A stretch of 64,000 nucleotides of DNA from an uncultured Bacteroidales bacterium (GTDB lineage: Bacteria > Bacteroidota > Bacteroidia > Bacteroidales > FEN-979): positions 5,690 through 69,689 of the forward strand of contig CAIQUS010000060.1 in assembly GCA_903875045.1 (NCBI GenBank), in the 5' to 3' direction. Shown here piece after piece: positions 40,415 to 50,095 of this stretch (position 1 is the stretch's first letter; the number at the start of each line of letters is the position of its first letter). A program made the position numbers and the translations under genes. Below the pieces are notes generated by a model. It was not told the DNA's origin and searched no databases. It saw only the letters and a program-made list of their open reading frames with translations.

Positions 40415-40903
40415 TTGTCTGACCTGCAAAATGATATCCTGGTTCTCGGGATCGGTAATTTATTGATGAATGATGAAGGTGTGGGAATCCATGCAGTTAC
40501 CCGTTTGGAAAAGGAGGGGATAAAGGGGGCCGACACAATGGATGGTGGTACAGGCGGGTTTCATCTGCTGGCTTTTATACAGTCCTATAAGATTATCATC
40601 ATCATTGATGCCTCACTTGATCAGTTTCCTCCCGGGCATGTGAGGGTTTTACAACCGCGTTACGCAAAAGATTTCCCAAAGCAGTTGAGTGCCCATGAAA
40701 TAGGGCTTAAAGACTTGATCGATTCAGCTATTTTATTGGGAAATATGCCTGAACTTCACCTGGTTGCCATTTCTGTGAATGATTTTCAGGATATGGGAAT
40801 GGATCTTTCACCGGAAGTGGAAGGTGCAATCCCATTGGCAATCAGGCATGTCAGGGCAATTGTTGAAAAGAACTCTTCATCCCGTCCCAACCCTGCGCAG
40901 TGA
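40415..40903 (+). CDS. hyaD: Hydrogenase maturation endopeptidase
   Basis: 162 aa, TTG start. 'ILVLGIGNLLMNDEGVGIHA', 'IIIIDA' and 'SAHE' motifs of the HyaD/HybD family. Confidence 0.85.
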   Translation: MSDLQNDILVLGIGNLLMNDEGVGIHAVTRLEKEGIKGADTMDGGTGGFHLLAFIQSYKIIIIIDASLDQFPPGHVRVLQPRYAKDFPKQLSAHEIGLKDLIDSAILLGNMPELHLVAISVNDFQDMGMDLSPEVEGAIPLAIRHVRAIVEKNSSSRPNPAQ

Positions 40904-41936
40904 CAGGTATTGATTTCCCGTCGGGGGTAATCATATATTTTCCTTCTGAGGAGGCAGTCATGTGACCGATAATGGTGATCTCGGAAATGTCTTTAATCTT
41001 TTCGTAATCATCCTGTTTTATAGTAAAAAGCAGTTCATAATCTTCACCGCCACTCAGTGCAGCCACACTTGGGATAATTTTATACTCCTTGGCAAGTTCA
41101 CGGGTATGGGCATCTATTGGAATTTTCCCCTCAAATAGCTTGCAACCCACACCGGATTGTTTGCAGATATGGAGGATCTCGGAAGCCAATCCGTCGGAAA
41201 TATCAATCATGGAGGTTGGCCTGACACCAATTCCGAGAAGAAGATTGCGGATATCGGTCCTTGCTTCGGGTTTTAACTGCCGGCCAACCTGATAGTCGAA
41301 CCCGGATAGTTCGGGCTGCATATTCGGGTCAACCTTGAATACCGACTTCTCACGTTCGAGGATGAGCAGGCCTATGAATGCACTGCCTAAATCTCCTGTT
41401 ACGCACAGGAGATCACCTGACCTGGCACCGCTCCGGTAGGTTACCTCTTCTTTTTTAGCTTCCCCGATAATGGAAACGGAAATCATCAGCCCTTTTACAT
41501 TCGAGCTTGTATCGCCACCTACCAGGTCAACTTTATATTTTTCACACGCCATCAGAATACCGGCGTAAATTTCATCAAGCGCCTCGGCCGAAAATCTGCT
41601 GGAAACAGCCAGTGAAACGGTCATTTGCTTCGGAATACCGTTCATGGCTGCAATATCAGAAAAGTTCACCACCGCAGCTTTGTATCCCAAGTGTTTGAAA
41701 GGAACGTAGGTAAGGTCGAAATGGATTCCCTCCACCAGGAGGTCGGTTGAAAGTAAAATTACCTTATCCCCGGCCTCAATCACCGCCGCATCATCGCCAA
41801 TACCTTTCAGTGTTTCCGGATGAAAGTGCTTTACATTTCTGGTCAACCGGTCAATCAGGCCAAATTCTCCCAGCGATGCCAGCGAAGTGAGCCCTGTTTT
41901 GGCTTCAGAAGATTTTTTGTTTCTTTTTTCGTACAT
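40851..41936 (-). CDS. thiL: Thiamine-monophosphate kinase
   Basis: Start reset to 'MYEKRN...'. 'LGEFGLIDRL', 'GIGDDAAV', 'STDLLVEGIHF' and 'GGDTS' are AIR-synthase-related ThiL motifs. Confidence 0.9.
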   Translation of the reverse strand: MYEKRNKKSSEAKTGLTSLASLGEFGLIDRLTRNVKHFHPETLKGIGDDAAVIEAGDKVILLSTDLLVEGIHFDLTYVPFKHLGYKAAVVNFSDIAAMNGIPKQMTVSLAVSSRFSAEALDEIYAGILMACEKYKVDLVGGDTSSNVKGLMISVSIIGEAKKEEVTYRSGARSGDLLCVTGDLGSAFIGLLILEREKSVFKVDPNMQPELSGFDYQVGRQLKPEARTDIRNLLLGIGVRPTSMIDISDGLASEILHICKQSGVGCKLFEGKIPIDAHTRELAKEYKIIPSVAALSGGEDYELLFTIKQDDYEKIKDISEITIIGHMTASSEGKYMITPDGKSIPVTAQGWDGMKSSFQQLP

Positions 41937-42038
41937 GAAAATCTGTTTGGAGTTTTGAATATGGGACTTCTCAGTCGACAAAATTACAACTAAAAGGCAA
42001 AAGGAGCAGGATTTCAGCGTTCAAGAAACATTTTTGTC

Positions 42039-42046
42039 TAATTTTG
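42039..42046 (+). promoter_or_regulatory. Candidate -7 box (TAatTTTG) for the downstream T9SS cargo gene
   Basis: taattttg lies 18 nt upstream of the ATG at 42064. Confidence 0.4.
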
Positions 42047-42063
42047 GAAAACTGATTTATACA

Positions 42064-43311
42064 ATGAATATTTTGCGTCTCTGTTTCATTTTGATTCTGG
42101 CGATCCAGCCTTCCCTCTCCGGTTTTTCGCAGGATACAACCAAAGTTCTTTTTATCGGCAACAGTTTTATGAGTTTTAATGATTTGCCCACGCTGTTCAG
42201 CCAACTCGCGGAGGGTTCCGGAGAGCATGTGGTTGTTGCCTCCCATGTCCCGGGAGGCGCTTCGGTGGGAGACACCATCCAGGGAACTTTTGCACACATG
42301 TATAACCCGGAGGTATATGCATTGATCAAAAGCAACGATTGGGATTATCTTTTCCTGCAGGACAGACAAAGCCGTTTTGCCATGAGCCGCGGTATTTTTC
42401 CGGGTGACAGCAAAGTCATTGAAGGCCATATTAAAATCAGGGATTCCCTTTTGTTTTACCATCCATGCTCCCATCTGATCTGGTTTGCCGGGTTCGGAAC
42501 AAAAAACGGATATCCCCCATATTCGACAACGGGAGTTGGATTAATTGATAGTATATATCAGAATTACAGGTGTTTAATAGATACAGCCGGACAAGTCATT
42601 GCACCCATTGGCCCCGCATATTTAAGAATAATTGCCAATTTTCCTGCCATCGATCTCTGGGGCCCTGATGAAGAACATCCTTCGATGAAAGGATCGATGT
42701 TAATTGCAAGTGTGCTTTATACTACTGTTTTCAAATCTTCTCCGGTTGTAAGCAGTTTTAATCCCGGGATACCTGTTGAAGAGGATTCCATTTTAAATAT
42801 GACAGGTTATCAAACCACCATAGACAGTTTATCTTTTACAGGCCTGGCAGGTATTACACCTCCAGTGATTCAGGATGGAGATTCGTTGTATGTTTTTGGT
42901 TATCAGGACTGCAATTGGTTTTTCAATGGTTCGCCATTTCCTTCCGATAATTGTGGGGCATTTATGACTCAGCCCGGATACTATTATGCTGTGGTAACTG
43001 ATGCACACGGATGTACATTCAGAACCCGGGAACAATATTATTCAGTTTTTACCGGAACCGATGAACTGCCTGATGAAGCAGGTGCTTTTTTTGTATTCCC
43101 TGATCCGGTGTTTACAAAGCTTAAAGTCATTTCTGAAGTCCCATTGAAAAAACTGAGCTTTTATAACGCTTCGGGTGTCATGATGCAAGAACTTATGGAT
43201 CCTTCAAATCAGACAGAACTGGATGTCTCCGGCTGGTCAAAGGGGTTATATCTTATTATCGGGGTCCGGGAAGATGGAACACGCTATCAAAAAAAAGTGT
43301 TCAAGAGATGA
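42064..43311 (+). CDS. Secreted SGNH/DUF4886-like hydrolase-fold protein with T9SS C-terminal sorting domain
   Basis: Start reset to the signal peptide 'MNILRLCFILILAIQPSLSGFSQ'. 'VLFIGNSF' is an SGNH block-I-like motif. The C-terminus 'FVFPDPVFTKLKV...GLYLIIGVREDGTRYQKKVFK' fits a T9SS CTD. Confidence 0.5.
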   Translation: MNILRLCFILILAIQPSLSGFSQDTTKVLFIGNSFMSFNDLPTLFSQLAEGSGEHVVVASHVPGGASVGDTIQGTFAHMYNPEVYALIKSNDWDYLFLQDRQSRFAMSRGIFPGDSKVIEGHIKIRDSLLFYHPCSHLIWFAGFGTKNGYPPYSTTGVGLIDSIYQNYRCLIDTAGQVIAPIGPAYLRIIANFPAIDLWGPDEEHPSMKGSMLIASVLYTTVFKSSPVVSSFNPGIPVEEDSILNMTGYQTTIDSLSFTGLAGITPPVIQDGDSLYVFGYQDCNWFFNGSPFPSDNCGAFMTQPGYYYAVVTDAHGCTFRTREQYYSVFTGTDELPDEAGAFFVFPDPVFTKLKVISEVPLKKLSFYNASGVMMQELMDPSNQTELDVSGWSKGLYLIIGVREDGTRYQKKVFKR

Positions 43312-43371
43312 CAGGACCAATATTCTGTAATAACTGCCCACTAGAGAAATGAAAACCTGACAATATACAAA

Positions 43372-44682
43372 ATGGTAAAAAAAATCCTTGAAAATTTCAA
43401 GATAGCGTCTCTCAATAAGATGCAGCTGGCGGCCATTGAAACGGCCAAAAAATCGGCTGACATCGTGCTGCTTTCTCCCACCGGATCGGGAAAAACCCTG
43501 GCTTTCTTGTTACCTGTTTTAACCAATTTAAAGTCCGACGGAATAGGGGTCCAGGCATTGATCCTGGTTCCTTCACGGGAATTGGCCATGCAGATTGAGC
43601 AGGTTTTCAAGCAAATGAACACCGGTTTCAAGGTGAACTGCTTTTATGGCGGACATGCCACAAAAACAGAACGGAATAATTTATCCCATCCTGCTGCCGT
43701 AGTTGTTGGAACACCTGGCAGGATTGCCTTTCATCTGCGAAACGATCATTTTGAAACTGATAACATCCACACCTTAATACTGGATGAATTTGACAAAGCC
43801 CTTGAATTCGGATTTGCAGCAGAAATGTCGTTCATTATCAGTCAATTGAAAAAGGTTAAACAGCGTATTCTGACCTCTGCAACCAACATGTCCGAGCTGC
43901 CTGGATTCACCGGAATTAAAAACCCGGTTAAACTCAATTTTTTAAACAGCGAATCTCCGACCACAGCGGGATTAAAGGTGAAGTATCTGAAAGCTGCAGA
44001 TGCTGACAAATTGCAACTCTTATTTGCGCTTGTATGCAAGCTGCAAAATAAACCAACCCTGATCTTTTGCAACCACAGGGAGGCTGTTGAGCGCATCGGA
44101 GTTTTGCTACTGGACAAAGGTTTGGCTCACGGCATTTTTCATGGTGGACTGGAACAGGAAGATCGTGAACGTGCGCTGATAAAATTCAGAAACGGAAGTC
44201 ATCGGGTACTCATTACCACCGATCTTGCTTCCCGCGGATTGGATATCCCCGAAATAGAAGCTGTTATACATTACCAGTTACCTGGCACATCAGACATTTT
44301 CACCCACAGGAATGGCAGGACTGCCAGGATGAATGCGAAAGGAACCTCCTACTTGCTGCTGGCTGCCTATGACCACCTGCCTCCATTCCTGACGGAACAA
44401 CCTGAGTTGGAAACCCTGCCGGAAAAAACCATATTGCCCGGAAAAGCACCATGGAGAACCCTGTTCATTGGTGCCGGGAAAAAGGAGAAGATTAATAAGA
44501 TGGATGTAGTGGGACTGATTTTACAAAAAGGAAAACTTGCACGGGAAGAACTTGGACTGGTGGAAGTTCTCGATCATGCCGCCTATGCCGCTGTGCATTC
44601 CGGAAAAATTGAAAAGGTTGTCAGTTTACTAAAAGATGAAAAGATAAAAAACAAGAAGGTGAAAATAGAGATTTCGTGGTGA
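43372..44682 (+). CDS. DEAD-box ATP-dependent RNA helicase with DbpA-like C-terminal RNA-binding domain
   Basis: 436 aa. 'SPTGSGKT' (motif I), 'DEFD' (II), 'SAT' (III), 'HRNGRTAR' (VI) and a C-terminal ~75-aa DbpA-type domain. Confidence 0.9.
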   Translation: MVKKILENFKIASLNKMQLAAIETAKKSADIVLLSPTGSGKTLAFLLPVLTNLKSDGIGVQALILVPSRELAMQIEQVFKQMNTGFKVNCFYGGHATKTERNNLSHPAAVVVGTPGRIAFHLRNDHFETDNIHTLILDEFDKALEFGFAAEMSFIISQLKKVKQRILTSATNMSELPGFTGIKNPVKLNFLNSESPTTAGLKVKYLKAADADKLQLLFALVCKLQNKPTLIFCNHREAVERIGVLLLDKGLAHGIFHGGLEQEDRERALIKFRNGSHRVLITTDLASRGLDIPEIEAVIHYQLPGTSDIFTHRNGRTARMNAKGTSYLLLAAYDHLPPFLTEQPELETLPEKTILPGKAPWRTLFIGAGKKEKINKMDVVGLILQKGKLAREELGLVEVLDHAAYAAVHSGKIEKVVSLLKDEKIKNKKVKIEISW

Positions 44683-45272
44683 TGTATGATAGTAAAATGA
44701 ATTTGAAATCAGACGATATGACAATGACAACCATTTCTGGCCGGGAGGTACTGTTTTCGGTATTTGAATTGAAGGATGCAGATCAACTCACCGAATATTA
44801 TGAGCATTTGAGTGAGTTATCAAGAAAACGATATGGGCCTCATCAGTTTGATAAACAATCAATTATTGACTTATACGGTAAAAGGGGCGGTCATCAGGGT
44901 TACATAGCCAGGGAACCAGGTTCGCCGACGATAATTGCCTATTCAATCATCAGATTTGGATGTCTGGAGCACGATCTCGGAAGGCTGAAATCCTACGGAC
45001 TGAATATGGATGTTGAAACAGATTCGGTGTACGCACCCTCTGTTGCCGATGCGTGGCAAAGTTGCGGAGTTGGCAATAGCATGTTCCTTTTCATCCTGGA
45101 AGACTTGAAACGGATCGGAATAACCAGGGTCATTTTATGGGGTGGGGTGCAGGCAGACAATGAAAAGGCGGTAGGCTTTTATAAAAAAAATGGTTTTCAA
45201 AAGCTTGGTGAGTTCGAACACAACGGCAATAATATTGATATGATGCTTGAAATTAAGCAGGTAACTGCTTAA
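44676..45272 (+). CDS. GNAT-family N-acetyltransferase
   Basis: 198 aa. 'WQSCGVGNSMF' (Q/RxxGxG/A acetyl-CoA loop) and 'NEKAVGFYKKNGF' motifs. Confidence 0.7.
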   Translation: MVMYDSKMNLKSDDMTMTTISGREVLFSVFELKDADQLTEYYEHLSELSRKRYGPHQFDKQSIIDLYGKRGGHQGYIAREPGSPTIIAYSIIRFGCLEHDLGRLKSYGLNMDVETDSVYAPSVADAWQSCGVGNSMFLFILEDLKRIGITRVILWGGVQADNEKAVGFYKKNGFQKLGEFEHNGNNIDMMLEIKQVTA

Positions 45273-45284
45273 TTTCAAGCATCA
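45241..45284. terminator. Perfect 20-bp inverted repeat (4-nt loop) spanning the GNAT stop codon; candidate bidirectional terminator
   Basis: tgatgcttgaaattaagcag-gtaa-ctgcttaatttcaagcatca checked base by base. It lies between convergent genes. No clean U-tract. Confidence 0.55.
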
Positions 45285-45310
45285 TAAATAATAATGAATG
45301 TTGACGCTTG

Positions 45311-45412
45311 TTATTTCTTGGCTTTCTTCTCTTTTTTCTCAAGCCTTTTTTCCTTCAACGTCTTTGTGGGTTCTTTTTTGACCTCTTTTTTCTGATCTTG
45401 TCCTTTTGACAT
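45311..45412 (-). CDS. Possible 33-aa lysine-rich small protein (below the ORF-track cut-off)
   Basis: Hand translation gives MSKGQDQKKEVKKEPTKTLKEKRLEKKEKKAKK*. It sits 42 nt downstream of the DUF3127-like gene on the same strand. There is no other support. Confidence 0.25.
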   Translation of the reverse strand: MSKGQDQKKEVKKEPTKTLKEKRLEKKEKKAKK

Positions 45413-45454
45413 AGCTTTTGGTGTTTAAGGTTGGTTCACTTGATTGACTGTTCA

Positions 45455-45799
45455 TTAAAAGGGCATGTTGTCGCCTGATGGCATTTCGTAATATCCCGGA
45501 GGGGGTTCGTGTTCCGGCGGAATGGATTGCACAGTACTTTTCTTAGCGATTTTCCAGGCTTTGGCTTCGGTATACCATCTGTTATTGAATTCCCTGCTCT
45601 CGAGGTCGAAAGAGACCTCGGCATCTTCGCCTTCCGCCAGTTTGAACTGGTCTATTTTGTCTCCCCACAGTGAAAAACAGATTTTTCGCGGTATCTGGGC
45701 CGACGTTTCAATGATAAATTCCTGTTTTTTCCAGATACCGTTCTTCCCTTCGCCCGACTGGAGAGGTAAAATTTTGATAACTCTTCCTGTTATTTCCAT
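45455..45799 (-). CDS. DUF3127-family (OB-fold-like) small protein
   Basis: Start reset to 'MEITGRVIKILPLQSGEGKNGIWKKQEFIIET', the typical N-terminus recalled for DUF3127. Confidence 0.55.
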   Translation of the reverse strand: MEITGRVIKILPLQSGEGKNGIWKKQEFIIETSAQIPRKICFSLWGDKIDQFKLAEGEDAEVSFDLESREFNNRWYTEAKAWKIAKKSTVQSIPPEHEPPPGYYEMPSGDNMPF

Positions 45800-45999
45800 G
45801 ATAAACAACTACTTAAAATGCAAAAAAGATGATGATTTTTATTGAACTAAATTAAAACAATTTGATATACGAAAACCGTTTGTTGATAATTTTGGGTTAG
45901 TTCGAAAAAATACTCCGGTATTTTGCAGTTTTATCGGTTATTCATTTTGGTTGATATGTTCAGATTATAATTATATATAACTTTATAAAAAAAATCATC

Positions 46000-47667
46000 A
46001 TGAAAGCAATTATACATAGGCTCAGCTTTATTCATGACATTTGGAAAACATCAGGAAAGGCTCTTTTACTTCTTTTTGTGTTTTTAAATACTTTTTCAGT
46101 TTATTCACAGAGTTGGGCTCCTGTTGGTGGCGGGATGAACAACTGGGTTTATGCCACGACTATTTTTAATGGGGAACTCATTGCAGGTGGTCTTTTTACT
46201 TCGGCTGGCGGGGTGGCCGCCAACCATGTTGCCCGATGGAATGGAACTACATGGGCGCCATTGGGCTCAGGTGTAAATGGCAAAGTGAATGCACTGATTG
46301 TTTACAAAGGGAGCCTGGTTGCAGCAGGTGAATTTACCAATGCCGGCGGGCTTGATGTTAATTTCATTGCCCAATGGGACGGGACGGCCTGGGATGACCA
46401 ACTGGGCGGGGTTGGAAATACTGTCACATCTCTGGCGGTTATTGGAACTGATCTGTTTGTTGGTGGTTATTTTACCGAAGCTGATAATACTCCCGTGAAT
46501 TATATTGCCAAACGCAATTCAACCGGGTGGCACTCTCTGGGTGGCGGGATGGGAGGGGTGGGGTTGTCTGAAAAGGCAGTTATGGGTTTAACTGTTTATA
46601 ACGGAGAACTTTATGCCGGTGGATTTTTTACGACCGCCGGTGGCATACCTGCCAATCATATTGCCAAATGGGATGGCACCTCGTGGTCGGCTTTGGGAAC
46701 AGGTGTCGGAAATGTTGTTTATTCGCTGGCCGGTTATAATGGCAACCTGGTTGCCGGCGGACTTTTTATAAGTGCCGGCGGCAATCCTGCCAACTATATC
46801 GCTTCCTGGGATGGTACCTCCTGGTCGGCGATGGGCAGTGGCATGAGTGGCACATTTTATCAATATGTATTAACCTTGACCGTTTATAACAACAATCTGA
46901 TCGCAGGGGGCTATTTCACACATTCAGATGGCTTACAAACCAATGGCATTGCCAAGTGGAATGGTTCAGCGTGGAGTGCGATGGGGGGAGGTTTTTTTTA
47001 CCCCGCCAATGTATATGGCGCCCATACACTTTGCCTTTATGGCAGCGAATTAATTGTTGGCGGATTATTTTCATCTGCCGGTGGAACAGGCGCATCGCAT
47101 ATAGCGAGCTGGACTGAGCCCATTGTACCTGTTACGCTCAGCATTCAGGATGAAATTGTTCCAAACGGAACCACGATTTGCTACGATGCAACCCAAACAA
47201 TTACGGTTGCCGGCAACGGAACATCCTGTTTTGTTCAGGATGGAGGCATGGCTACCATGATTGCGGGACAAAATATAGTCTACCTCCCTGGAACGAAAGT
47301 CGATTCAGGGGGTTATCTGCTCGGTTATATAACCAATGCTGCACAATATTGCCTTTCCCCGTTCTCCCCAATGTCGGGCTTTTCGGTTGGAAAGGATAAC
47401 CAGTTGGTAAGTTCAGCCAAACCGGAATGTAAGGTTTATCCAAATCCCTCCGGCGGGCTTTTTAATGTTGAGTTAACCAACCTTCAGAAATCCCAAATGG
47501 TAAAAATGGAAGTCTTTAATATCCATGGCAAACCGGTGTTATCCTTGGAATTAAGAGATGAAAAGAACCATCAGCTTTCGCTGTCTGACAATCCTCCCGG
47601 AGTCTATTATGTCCGTCTGATCTCTTCAACAGGAACAGAAACCATAAAAATACTCCGGCAACAATAA
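46000..47667 (+). CDS. Secreted seven-repeat (beta-propeller-like) protein with T9SS C-terminal sorting domain
   Basis: 555 aa. Seven ~47-aa repeats 'W(D/N)GT.W..LG.G....V..L..Y.G.L.AGG.F..AGG..AN.IA'. The C-terminus 'VYPNPSGGLFNV...GVYYVRLISSTGTETIKIL' fits a T9SS CTD. Confidence 0.65.
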   Translation: MKAIIHRLSFIHDIWKTSGKALLLLFVFLNTFSVYSQSWAPVGGGMNNWVYATTIFNGELIAGGLFTSAGGVAANHVARWNGTTWAPLGSGVNGKVNALIVYKGSLVAAGEFTNAGGLDVNFIAQWDGTAWDDQLGGVGNTVTSLAVIGTDLFVGGYFTEADNTPVNYIAKRNSTGWHSLGGGMGGVGLSEKAVMGLTVYNGELYAGGFFTTAGGIPANHIAKWDGTSWSALGTGVGNVVYSLAGYNGNLVAGGLFISAGGNPANYIASWDGTSWSAMGSGMSGTFYQYVLTLTVYNNNLIAGGYFTHSDGLQTNGIAKWNGSAWSAMGGGFFYPANVYGAHTLCLYGSELIVGGLFSSAGGTGASHIASWTEPIVPVTLSIQDEIVPNGTTICYDATQTITVAGNGTSCFVQDGGMATMIAGQNIVYLPGTKVDSGGYLLGYITNAAQYCLSPFSPMSGFSVGKDNQLVSSAKPECKVYPNPSGGLFNVELTNLQKSQMVKMEVFNIHGKPVLSLELRDEKNHQLSLSDNPPGVYYVRLISSTGTETIKILRQQ

Positions 47668-47710
47668 CCCTTTACCATTTCACCATTTCGCCATTTCGCC
47701 ATTTTTCCCC
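47667..47710 (+). repeat. Tandem octamer array (CCATTTCG type, ~5 units) starting at the stop codon of the upstream gene
   Basis: ccatttca ccatttcg ccatttcg ccattttt cccc, read directly. Confidence 0.9.
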
Positions 47711-47740
47711 CAAACAGGCATTCCAATACCTGAATTGTTG

Positions 47741-47748
47741 TATCTTTG
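47741..47748 (+). promoter_or_regulatory. Candidate -7 box (TAtcTTTG) for sufBCD
   Basis: tatctttg lies 68 nt upstream of the sufB ATG, immediately after the octamer array. Confidence 0.4.
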
Positions 47749-47815
47749 CCCGACAATGGATTTATCCTCTTTTATTGGCTTAAAAATGACTAGATTTGTT
47801 CTAAATTATTGATCA

Positions 47816-49273
47816 ATGGAATCCCCATCAAACAAAATCCTGGATGAAGTAACGCAGGGTGATTACAAATATGGATTTGTCACGGATATCGAAACGGAAT
47901 TTGCCCCCATCGGACTTTCTGAGGATACCGTCCGTTATATCTCTCAAAAGAAAAACGAACCTGAATTTATGCTTCAATTCAGGTTAAAGGCTTACCGTCA
48001 CTGGCTTACCATGTCGCAGCCCCATTGGGCACACCTGAACATTGAACCGATCAAATTTCAGGATATTATTTTTTACGCAGCCCCAAAGAAAAAGCAGGAG
48101 TTGTCGAGTCTCGATGAGGTTGACCCTGAATTACTGGCAACCTTCAACAAACTGGGGATTTCACTGGATGAACAAAAAAAACTGGCCGGTGTGGCCGGTG
48201 TGGCAGTGGATGCTGTTATTGACAGTGTGTCGGTTAAAACGACGTTTTCAGAGACCCTGTCAAAGCATGGAATTATCTTTTGCTCTTTCAGTGAAGCAGT
48301 TCAAAACCATCCCGACCTGGTGAAACAATACATGGGGTCGGTGGTTCCTTACACGGATAACTATTTTGCCGCGCTCAATTCTGCTGTTTTCAGCGACGGC
48401 TCTTTCTGCTTTATTCCCAAAGGTGTGCGCTGCCCTATGGAATTGTCGACCTACTTTCGTATCAATGCTGCCAATACAGGTCAATTTGAACGTACGCTTA
48501 TTGTTGCAGAGGAGGGGGCTTATGTGAGTTATATGGAAGGTTGTACGGCACCCCAGCGTGATGAAAACCAGCTTCATGCCGCCATTGTCGAAATTGTGGC
48601 CATGAAAGATGCTGAAGTAAAGTATTCAACCGTGCAAAACTGGTATCCCGGCGACAAAAACGGGTTGGGCGGGATTTATAATTTTGTGACGAAACGTGGC
48701 ATCTGCAAGGGGAATAATTCCAAAATCAGCTGGACACAGGTGGAGACAGGCTCATCGATCACCTGGAAATATCCAAGCTGCATCCTGCTTGGAGATCATT
48801 CGGTAGGGGAGTTCTATTCCGTAGCTGTTACCAACAACCACCAGCAGGCCGATACAGGTACAAAAATGATGCACCTTGGTAAAAATACACGCAGTACCAT
48901 CATCTCCAAAGGAATTTCGGCCGGCAAGAGCAATAACTCTTACCGCGGACTGGTACGTATTTCGAAGAATGCGGTCAATTCCCGGAATTACAGCCAATGT
49001 GATTCACTCCTTCTTGGTGCCAAATGCGGGGCACATACCTGGCCGTACATACAGGTTGACAATAAATCATCTATTGTGGAACATGAGGCCACCACTTCGA
49101 AAATATCCGAAGATCAGCTCTTTTATTGCCAGCAACGCGGTATCTCGGCAGAAAGCGCCATCGGCCTCATTGTAAACGGTTATGCAAAGGAGGTGTTGAA
49201 ACAACTGCCCATGGAATTCGCAGTGGAAGCTCAGAAACTGCTGTCTATTTCACTGGAAGGGAGTGTGGGGTAA
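47816..49273 (+). CDS. sufB: Fe-S cluster assembly scaffold protein SufB
   Basis: 485 aa. 'YKYGF', '[14 protein letters not shown]', 'VQNWY' and '[21 protein letters not shown]' are SufB hallmarks. Confidence 0.95.
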   Translation: MESPSNKILDEVTQGDYKYGFVTDIETEFAPIGLSEDTVRYISQKKNEPEFMLQFRLKAYRHWLTMSQPHWAHLNIEPIKFQDIIFYAAPKKKQELSSLDEVDPELLATFNKLGISLDEQKKLAGVAGVAVDAVIDSVSVKTTFSETLSKHGIIFCSFSEAVQNHPDLVKQYMGSVVPYTDNYFAALNSAVFSDGSFCFIPKGVRCPMELSTYFRINAANTGQFERTLIVAEEGAYVSYMEGCTAPQRDENQLHAAIVEIVAMKDAEVKYSTVQNWYPGDKNGLGGIYNFVTKRGICKGNNSKISWTQVETGSSITWKYPSCILLGDHSVGEFYSVAVTNNHQQADTGTKMMHLGKNTRSTIISKGISAGKSNNSYRGLVRISKNAVNSRNYSQCDSLLLGAKCGAHTWPYIQVDNKSSIVEHEATTSKISEDQLFYCQQRGISAESAIGLIVNGYAKEVLKQLPMEFAVEAQKLLSISLEGSVG

Positions 49274-49326
49274 TGTGATGATGTGATAATGTGATGATGT
49301 GATAATTTGAAGATTTGAGTTTTTTT
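49271..49326 (+). repeat. Tandem octamer array (16-nt super-period) in the sufB-sufC spacer, beginning in the sufB stop codon
   Basis: taatgtga tgatgtga taatgtga tgatgtga taatttga agatttga gttttttt. Confidence 0.9.
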
Positions 49327-49339
49327 TTAATTTAAAAGT

Positions 49340-50092
49340 ATGTTGCTACAGATTAAAAATTTACATGCCAGTATCAATGGCAAAGAGATTCTTCGGGGGG
49401 TTAACCTCGAGGTAAACAAGGGTGAAGTTCATGCGATCATGGGGCCGAATGGAACCGGGAAAAGCACGTTGGCTTCGGTGATTGCCGGTCGGGAGGTATT
49501 TGATGTCACCGCCGGGGAGATTCGCTATAACGGCAAAGATCTTCAAAAGCTTTCCATCGAGGACCGTGCCCGTGAAGGGATATTTCTCGGGTTTCAATAC
49601 CCGGTGGAAATTCCCGGGGTAAGTATAACCAATTTTATGCGTACTGCCGTAAATGAGATTCGCAAATTTAAAGGTCTTGATCCATTACCGGGAGGCGAAT
49701 TTCTCCGCTTGATGGAAGAGAAAAAAAGGTTGGTGGAGATTACCTCGAACCTTACGAATCGCTCAGTCAATGAAGGTTTTTCAGGGGGTGAAAAGAAAAA
49801 AAATGAAATTTTCCAGATGGCGATGCTTGAACCCATGCTGGCAATTCTCGATGAAACGGATTCGGGCCTCGACATCGATGCCCTTCGCATCGTGGCCAAT
49901 GGCGTGAACAAACTACGTCGCCCCGATAACGCTTTTGTGGTGATCACACACTACCAGCGTCTGCTCGATTATATCATTCCAGACTTTGTGCATGTTTTGT
50001 TCGAAGGTAAAATTGTAAAATCGGGGGGGAAGGAACTGGCACTCGAACTCGAAGAGAAAGGTTACGACTGGATAAAGAAGGAACAAGGATAA
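49340..50092 (+). CDS. sufC: Fe-S cluster assembly ATPase SufC
   Basis: 250 aa. 'GPNGTGKST' Walker A, '[11 protein letters not shown]' ABC signature and '[10 protein letters not shown]' Walker B. Confidence 0.95.
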   Translation: MLLQIKNLHASINGKEILRGVNLEVNKGEVHAIMGPNGTGKSTLASVIAGREVFDVTAGEIRYNGKDLQKLSIEDRAREGIFLGFQYPVEIPGVSITNFMRTAVNEIRKFKGLDPLPGGEFLRLMEEKKRLVEITSNLTNRSVNEGFSGGEKKKNEIFQMAMLEPMLAILDETDSGLDIDALRIVANGVNKLRRPDNAFVVITHYQRLLDYIIPDFVHVLFEGKIVKSGGKELALELEEKGYDWIKKEQG

Positions 50093-50095
50093 CAA

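Noticed and set aside
40851-40903. 53-nt convergent overlap of the hyaD and thiL 3' ends as a possible regulatory antisense arrangement.
   Set aside because: Both C-terminal tails are poorly conserved regions. The overlap may simply reflect late stop codons, and nothing in the sequence indicates function.
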